Shown: one piece after another, positions 57,016-62,701 of the stretch
Numbering within the stretch: position 1 is the stretch's first letter
Layout of the letters: the number at the start of each line of letters is the position of its first letter
Source of the DNA: a virus
Lineage: Duplodnaviria > Caudoviricetes
Virus record (IMG/VR): IMGVR_UViG_3300044911_000843
Location: 1-62,701 of that record
Strand: one strand, 5' to 3'
Length of the DNA: 62,701 nt
Notes under the pieces: generated by a model
The model's input: only the letters and a program-made list of their open reading frames with translations
The model's database searches: none
What the model was told of the DNA's origin: nothing
Made by a program: the position numbers and the translations under genes

Positions 57016-58743
57016 CTACGGAAGATCATCATCGAATTCACAGCCAGTGAACTTCTCCAGATAGATACCGCTTGGTGCATCGTATGTCATCTCTGTCTTG
57101 CCCACCTTGCCGGTGAAGCTGAAGCGAACCTTCCACATGTGGACTTCGGTCTTGCTGGAAAGGAAGTCGGGGCGATGCACGGTCAGTCCCATGTCCGCTT
57201 TGTTGAACCAGTGGGCCGAACCGGAGATGTCATAGCCAGTGGGGATGGGAAAGGAACCGTCGTCCTTGCGCCGCATCTTGGTGGGGTGGGCCATGATCCA
57301 TGTATGGATATCATGACCCATCGAGAGAACCTTCAACTTGGTGAGGGCATCCGATACCCAGTCTGTCTCGCTGGATTCACCGCCCCTGTCGATGAAGTTA
57401 TAGGGATCGATGACCAATCCCTGTATCCCGTACCGCATGATCGAGGTGCGAGCCAGATCAACGATGTCATCCAGCGTAGCAAGGGTGCCGTCAGACTGAT
57501 GCAGGAAAAAGAAATGCTCCCTTACCCATGTAAGGGCTTCGTCTCTGGCAGCCACGCTCATGCGCGGAGTGGGGCCGTCGAAGAATGGCTTGCCTGCATA
57601 GATACCAGCAAGCTTGGCAATGTGTACTTCGGGAGGGTTTTCGAATGAGCAGACTGCGAACTTCCAGTCCTTGTTCTTGGCCATGTTGACCATGAAGTTA
57701 TCGATCATGGTGGACTTGCCCGATCCGGGTGATCCCGTGACGACGGTTAGCTGGCCGGGAACCACGGTGTATATCTCATCGATGCACTTAAAGCCGGTGC
57801 TTTCCCCTTTCGGGAGACCCTTGTCATAAAGGGCTACGACCCTGTCGAAGAAATGTTCCGCATCATAGAGTCCCTTGACCGGCCAAGGCTGGGCGTTCTC
57901 TATGCAATCACGAAGGGCTTGGGAACCATGGGTACGAAGTACATCGTTAGCATCCTTGCATCCATCTGGCCAAAGAACTCGCCAGCACTTCGCTCTGCCG
58001 ATACGACGGGCAAGTTCTTCAGCGAGGATGTTGCCGGGATTATCGGAATCAGTTGCGATGATGATCTTTGGGGCATCATCAAGGATAGCCTTAGCCTCCC
58101 ACATATATTTATATTTCTTGTCGGAAGGAACCGCGGACTTAGGAACGTCAGCATGACTAACCGTATTCGGGGCACCGTTTGGAACGGATACCGCAGTGAC
58201 TCCAGCCTGAAGGAAAGACAGACAATCTACTTCTCCCTCAACGATGACGATCTGCGTGCCTTTTGTAACTCTATCAATCTGCCAAAAGGTATTGGCGGAA
58301 CCAGTCTGTATGAATCCCTTCTCCGCAACCGCACGCCACTTGATGGCGTAGGGTTCGGAACCTTTCTTATAGACAAACCCGCAGACTTTCTGGTTCTTTC
58401 CGTCGATGAATTTGTTGCCACCGATTACGCCTGCTTCTTTGGCGATGCTACGTGTGATCCCTCTTGTTGAGAGCCATGCATAGGCAGTTTCGTTCTCGTC
58501 TTCTTCCATCTCGGGCATGATGATTGGTGCCGGTGTTGATTGGAACAGGGGGCGGCGCTCGGTCAGGCGCATGGCACCAGCAAAGTTGCAGTGCCAGCAT
58601 TGCCACTTGGCAAGTGAACCTTCGACAGTAATGGAGAGGCAGGGATCGTGGCTATGCTTGCGTTCAGCGGAGCAAGCAGGGCAAATGTAGCGTTTGGTGG
58701 ATTCTTTTTGGGAAAGGGCAAGCGACCGGATTGTTTCTTCCAT
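57016..58743 (-). CDS. Primase-helicase (T7 gp4/Twinkle-like)
   Basis: CPAC..CWHC Zn domain, TOPRIM EGEVD..DSD..KDAN, GSPGSGKST, IDP, AHP, DISGS. Confidence 0.93.
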   Translation of the reverse strand: MEETIRSLALSQKESTKRYICPACSAERKHSHDPCLSITVEGSLAKWQCWHCNFAGAMRLTERRPLFQSTPAPIIMPEMEEDENETAYAWLSTRGITRSIAKEAGVIGGNKFIDGKNQKVCGFVYKKGSEPYAIKWRAVAEKGFIQTGSANTFWQIDRVTKGTQIVIVEGEVDCLSFLQAGVTAVSVPNGAPNTVSHADVPKSAVPSDKKYKYMWEAKAILDDAPKIIIATDSDNPGNILAEELARRIGRAKCWRVLWPDGCKDANDVLRTHGSQALRDCIENAQPWPVKGLYDAEHFFDRVVALYDKGLPKGESTGFKCIDEIYTVVPGQLTVVTGSPGSGKSTMIDNFMVNMAKNKDWKFAVCSFENPPEVHIAKLAGIYAGKPFFDGPTPRMSVAARDEALTWVREHFFFLHQSDGTLATLDDIVDLARTSIMRYGIQGLVIDPYNFIDRGGESSETDWVSDALTKLKVLSMGHDIHTWIMAHPTKMRRKDDGSFPIPTGYDISGSAHWFNKADMGLTVHRPDFLSSKTEVHMWKVRFSFTGKVGKTEMTYDAPSGIYLEKFTGCEFDDDLP

Positions 58744-58839
58744 TGGCGTTTCTCCCGTGAAACGTCCAGCCTAGCGAAGCCCGCCTTGCTTCGCAAGCAA
58801 CAATCGCGTCGGTTGTTTTCCCCCTATGCATTACACTCG

Positions 58840-59142
58840 TTATGTCTTGTAGGCTGCGAGTGTCTTCTTCAGTCGAGCTAACAGAAACTTCTGTTGCTCG
58901 GGACTCTTGCCAGCCATGAACTCTATGGCCTTGCAGTATTCTTCGTAGTCAACACCGGCATGTTCGCAATAGGTTTTGATATGTTCCGTTCTCAGCCAGC
59001 GTGTGTGTCTGTCATGCTGGTCCTTCGCTCCCTTAAACAGTACAGCCCTCGCCAATTTGCGCGACCACAATATCCGCTCTGGGATTGATTCGGTCGAGGC
59101 TCCAGTAGATGTGTCGTTCTTTGACGGATCGGTCGTTGACAT
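58840..59142 (-). CDS. Hypothetical protein (start uncertain; overlaps rusA)
   Basis: PERILW..AVL..A.D..W....C.HAG.D pattern. Confidence 0.5.
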   Translation of the reverse strand: MSTTDPSKNDTSTGASTESIPERILWSRKLARAVLFKGAKDQHDRHTRWLRTEHIKTYCEHAGVDYEEYCKAIEFMAGKSPEQQKFLLARLKKTLAAYKT

Positions 59143-59404
59143 AGATTAACCCTTGCATGGCATCGAGGATGAGTGAGTCATCAAGATCAGGACGACGGCT
59201 TGCGTAATGAATTCTAATCCATACAGCGACATCATCCTCTATGAGGGGTGAAAGCTTCGGGCATTGCATCTTAAATGCTTCTACATAGGAGATTGCTTTC
59301 TTTGATTTGATAACCGCTGGACGATTGCCGAATGTTACCAGCCTGCGGGAGTTGGCCTTTGAGGCAGGCTCTCCCTTGATCGTAAATCTAACTGGAGTTA
59401 GCAT
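59033..59404 (-). CDS. rusA: RusA-like Holliday junction resolvase
   Basis: G.P.SKAN..RPDLD..ILDAMQG..YVNDR.V. Confidence 0.8.
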   Translation of the reverse strand: MLTPVRFTIKGEPASKANSRRLVTFGNRPAVIKSKKAISYVEAFKMQCPKLSPLIEDDVAVWIRIHYASRRPDLDDSLILDAMQGLIYVNDRSVKERHIYWSLDRINPRADIVVAQIGEGCTV

Positions 59405-59436
59405 CCGATAACTCCTTCAATCAGAAAGGAACGAGA

Positions 59437-60318
59437 GTGAAGTATACAAATAAATTTGGTCTGCCGAAGACCATCGTCAACGCAATGGAGCGTGACCAAT
59501 ATAGCATGGGCGAAGCTCGCATGTCTGTAACAGGACTGCTCAAGCCACCCCGTATTGGCGCATTGTTCAAGCTGCATCATGAAAAGATCGAGAAGGATGT
59601 CAGCGATGGTATCTGGGCGCTGTTCGGTCAGGCTATTCATGCCATACTTGAGCGGGGCGGCGACGAGGAACACATCCCCGAAGAGAGACTCTTCATCACC
59701 GTGCGTGGGTGGGTGATCTCCGGACAGTTGGATGTCCAGAAGCTGGACAACAACAAGGTCAAGATCATCGACTACAAATCATGCTCTGCCTATGCGGTGA
59801 TGAGTGAGAAGAAGGATTGGGTAGAGCAGCTTAACGTCTACGGACATTTGCTTCGGGTGGCCAAGGGCTATGAGGTAGAAGCCCTGTCCGTCTGCGCCTT
59901 CATCAGGGACTGGTCCCGTCATCAGGCGGGGCAGTCCAACGAGTATCCGCAGTCTCCCATTATCCCCGTGGAGATACCTCTGTGGGCACCAGAGACAGCA
60001 GCCGCCTTTGTCGAGGAGCGAGTGGCTGTCCACCAGAAAGCCATCGCTTCATCTGACATGGGGGAAGAGCCTCCGGAATGCACGGATGAAGAACGATGGA
60101 TGCGTCCCGACTCATGGGCGGTGATGAAGGTCGGCAACAAGCGGGCGACCAAGGTCCATGACAGTCGGCATGAAGCCGAGAAACATCTGGCGAATCTTGA
60201 TGGGAACTTCGTGATCGATCACCGACGCGGGGAACCCATCAGGTGTACGGGAGACTACTGCAACGTGTCGGCATGGTGCCGTCAGTATGAGAGGTGGAAG
60301 AAGGAGAATCCAAAATGA
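59437..60318 (+). CDS. PD-(D/E)XK exonuclease (RecB/Cas4-like)
   Basis: G.AIH, E, SGQLD, IIDYK, QLNVY, C-terminal C..YC....C. Confidence 0.85.
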   Translation: MKYTNKFGLPKTIVNAMERDQYSMGEARMSVTGLLKPPRIGALFKLHHEKIEKDVSDGIWALFGQAIHAILERGGDEEHIPEERLFITVRGWVISGQLDVQKLDNNKVKIIDYKSCSAYAVMSEKKDWVEQLNVYGHLLRVAKGYEVEALSVCAFIRDWSRHQAGQSNEYPQSPIIPVEIPLWAPETAAAFVEERVAVHQKAIASSDMGEEPPECTDEERWMRPDSWAVMKVGNKRATKVHDSRHEAEKHLANLDGNFVIDHRRGEPIRCTGDYCNVSAWCRQYERWKKENPK

Positions 60319-60680
60319 GAAGCGTCATTCGTAGTGTGATGCTTGCTGCTGCAAGCTGTGTTGCTCTTGGAACTGTTGATGCCAAGGCGGAAACATATCC
60401 GACGCATGACCATTGGGGTTATCGATTCCCTCAGGAGTGTCGGACGAACCTCGATCATCTTCAGTATGTACTGAGGAAGAACTACGATCTCGGATACCAG
60501 AGCGGCAAGTCACGCTCAATCGGCTACTGGTGGAACAGCCAGAAGCCGGGGGCAATAGACGTTATCTTCATCGACAAGAGTGTCATCGATCCGGTGATGC
60601 AGCAGCACGTCCTTCGGCATGAACTGTGTCATGCCCAGATGTACCGGCTCTACGGCAATCCCTATTGGCATAAGGAATAG
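60315..60680 (+). CDS. Small zincin-like protein with a signal-peptide-like N-terminus
   Basis: ATG 60315 (ATGA overlap); MRSVIRSVMLAAASCVALGTVDAKA-E; LRHELCH....WH. Confidence 0.6.
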   Translation: MRSVIRSVMLAAASCVALGTVDAKAETYPTHDHWGYRFPQECRTNLDHLQYVLRKNYDLGYQSGKSRSIGYWWNSQKPGAIDVIFIDKSVIDPVMQQHVLRHELCHAQMYRLYGNPYWHKE

Positions 60681-60682
60681 AC

Positions 60683-61522
60683 ATGGCTACTTCCAAAGAT
60701 ACCACCTCCGATCTTATCGAGGCCATCAAGAATGTTCGATCCAAGATGGTGTCGCTCAAGCAGGATTCGGAGAACAAGCATGGAGGCTACAACTATGTCT
60801 CCATCGATACCTACTACGAGAAGGTATCGAAGGTCGCCACTGAGGTCGGGGTGATCTGGCGCACACGGGAACTGACCTTCGATCTGGTTCCCAATCAAGG
60901 CAAGATGAAGGACAGGACTTATGTCCAGTCCAAGTTTGCCTTCGATGTCTATTACGGATCATCCTCCATCGAGGATTACATGAGCGTTACCGTCTTCAGT
61001 CCCTATGACGGGCCGCAGACGACGGGTCAGTTGTTCAGCTATGCCGACAAGGTGTTCATGCGGGTTGCCTTCTGCGTCTCGACCGGAGAGAAGGACGCCG
61101 ACGACATCAAGCAGGAGCCGGTGAACATCAAGGCCACCAAGGCTGATCCCTTGCTGGATGATCTGACCCTTACCCCGAAGGCTAATGGGGTGGTGCCGCA
61201 CGACCCACTGACTGGAGAACTGGATGATCCCGGTGTTCACGAGACACTGGAATTGTCCGTCGAGCAGACTGACGTTGCACCGACGTTCGATGAGGGCCTC
61301 CCCCTCATGGACCCCAAGAAGATAGCTGGCATCAAGGCTGTCCAGATGATCAAGGAAATCTTCAATACGTTCCTTCCATCTGTGAAGACCAAGACCAAGC
61401 TGACGGATTGGTACGCCGTGAATCTTGCTGCCATCGAGAAAGCAGACAAGGTTATTCCCGGCACCAAGAAGGAGATTTCAGCAATGTTCAGGGTTCACCT
61501 GAATAATCTGGAATCCAAGTAG
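60683..61522 (+). CDS. erf: ERF-family single-strand annealing protein
   Basis: K...N.HGGYNY.SID..PQ.TG...SYA.K....F..STGE.DAD. Confidence 0.75.
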   Translation: MATSKDTTSDLIEAIKNVRSKMVSLKQDSENKHGGYNYVSIDTYYEKVSKVATEVGVIWRTRELTFDLVPNQGKMKDRTYVQSKFAFDVYYGSSSIEDYMSVTVFSPYDGPQTTGQLFSYADKVFMRVAFCVSTGEKDADDIKQEPVNIKATKADPLLDDLTLTPKANGVVPHDPLTGELDDPGVHETLELSVEQTDVAPTFDEGLPLMDPKKIAGIKAVQMIKEIFNTFLPSVKTKTKLTDWYAVNLAAIEKADKVIPGTKKEISAMFRVHLNNLESK

Positions 61523-61542
61523 TAACACAGAGGAGAAAGACA

Positions 61543-61818
61543 ATGGCTGACAACACGAACGGTGCCTTGTTCCCGAACAAGGATAAGAAGTCCACGAAGG
61601 CCCCGGACTACACGGGTAACTTCACCATGACCAAGCCCTTCCTCAAGGCTTGGATCGAGGAGTTTAAGAAGGACGGAAGTCCCGACGAACTGAAGGTGCA
61701 GTTGGGTGCATGGATCAAGGAGGGAAAGAACGGAAAGTATCTGAGCATTTCCGTCAACGCTCCCTTCGAAAAGAAGGCCCCGGCCAAGAACGATCTGAAC
61801 GACGACATTCCTTTTTAG
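61543..61818 (+). CDS. Small ssDNA-binding protein (DUF736-like)
   Basis: GALF.N..K..PDY.G..AW.K..GKYLS; acidic DDIPF tail. Confidence 0.75.
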   Translation: MADNTNGALFPNKDKKSTKAPDYTGNFTMTKPFLKAWIEEFKKDGSPDELKVQLGAWIKEGKNGKYLSISVNAPFEKKAPAKNDLNDDIPF

Positions 61819-61877
61819 AGTGACCTGTCTCCGGGCATGGCTGTCATGCCCGGAGTTCTTCTACCAGCGAGGATGAA

Positions 61878-62219
61878 ATGAAAAATCTTAATAAAATCAA
61901 CATGCGCTCTGTCGTGAACAACCTGCATGATCTCGGGTTCACTGTGTCTGGCATTGCCAGCATGTTGAACAAGACACCAGCCAACATCTATGTTCATCTG
62001 AAGAAGTCAGGCCGGATGAAGGGTCGGGTGTTTATCCGGGAGTATCCGGAGTGGGATGTCGCTACACGCACGGTACTGCGCCACTTCTTTCAGGAACCCG
62101 AATGCATGTATCACGTACTAATCGGCATGGCCCGACAGGGGAAGACAGGTTTGGCCCCCGCTCCCCGGACTTCCGCGATAAAGCGTACCTACAAAAAGTC
62201 AGGGAAGAAGACTGCCTGA
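61878..62219 (+). CDS. HTH protein
   Basis: LH.LG.T...IA.ML..T...IY.HL. Confidence 0.6.
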   Translation: MKNLNKINMRSVVNNLHDLGFTVSGIASMLNKTPANIYVHLKKSGRMKGRVFIREYPEWDVATRTVLRHFFQEPECMYHVLIGMARQGKTGLAPAPRTSAIKRTYKKSGKKTA

Positions 62220-62419
62220 TATGTAGTCGAACCCCCTGTCATGCTCATCATGTCAGGGGATTCAGACCCAGAACCATGGGCAAGAGGGTGCATGATCATC
62301 TGGTGGTGCCCCTCTGCGCCGATCATCATGACGAACTGCACCGCACCGGAAGAGAAGAACTCTTTTGGGCGGTACAGGGAGTCGATCCAATTGCATGGAT
62401 AGAGGATAGGCATAAATGA
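62102..62419 (+). CDS. DUF968/HNH-like nuclease (start uncertain)
   Basis: RDKAYL..VR..CLIC...HAHH..VPLC..HH.ELH. Confidence 0.75.
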   Translation: MHVSRTNRHGPTGEDRFGPRSPDFRDKAYLQKVREEDCLICSRTPCHAHHVRGFRPRTMGKRVHDHLVVPLCADHHDELHRTGREELFWAVQGVDPIAWIEDRHK

Positions 62420-62685
62420 AATGGTCACATGATCCCCTTCATCGAACCTATGATGCCGGTCGATGGATTAATTCAAGCAATACCAAATCACATCAGCTTC
62501 TGAATGTCCTTACCTTCTTTGTCGAGGAAGGATTACCGGAAGAACATCTTGATGATTTTCTGAATGGCATAGTTGCAGACGGCGGATGGAATGAAGCCCA
62601 TCACAAGATAAGAAAAACTCACGAGTACGGTTTTATGGTTCACAATCTTATTGTGGCGACGGCAGCCAGAAGAATGGGGATATGA
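62416..62685 (+). CDS. Hypothetical protein
   Basis: 89 aa, ATGA coupling on both sides. Confidence 0.6.
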   Translation: MKWSHDPLHRTYDAGRWINSSNTKSHQLLNVLTFFVEEGLPEEHLDDFLNGIVADGGWNEAHHKIRKTHEYGFMVHNLIVATAARRMGI

Positions 62686-62701
62686 AATGAAGTCACCAGC
62701 A

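Overview
This window is part of a tailed dsDNA phage genome of podovirus/P22-like architecture, probably infecting a Proteobacterium (inference). About 1-48.2 kb is mostly a leftward late region. It carries terS, terL, portal, a GroES-like co-chaperonin, scaffold, major capsid protein, a long fibre/receptor-binding block, GH19 endolysin and holin, two adaptor-like genes, the tail nozzle and ejection proteins. It ends in a >2,490-aa polyvalent protein (7492 to <2) that the ORF track missed because it runs off the window. By my manual translation that protein has two ADP-ribosyltransferase-like domains, two HExxH zincin motifs and a GHKL ATPase. About 49.8-62.7 kb is the early/replication region: MoxR AAA plus vWA-metallopeptidase, primase-helicase, RusA, exonuclease, ERF, SSB-like and HNH genes. 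The most unusual signals are: (i) a ~600-nt highly structured non-coding segment at the head of the early region and a second ~200-nt one; (ii) a recurring ATCC-N8-GGATGAA box, oriented with transcription and often beside terminators; (iii) a [F/Y/M/L]xxGG motif shared by ejection proteins and small basic proteins; (iv) two fibre-like genes with Sec-type signal peptides. All assignments come from motif recognition by eye; no searches were run. No DNA or RNA polymerase, integrase, tRNA or CRISPR array was seen.
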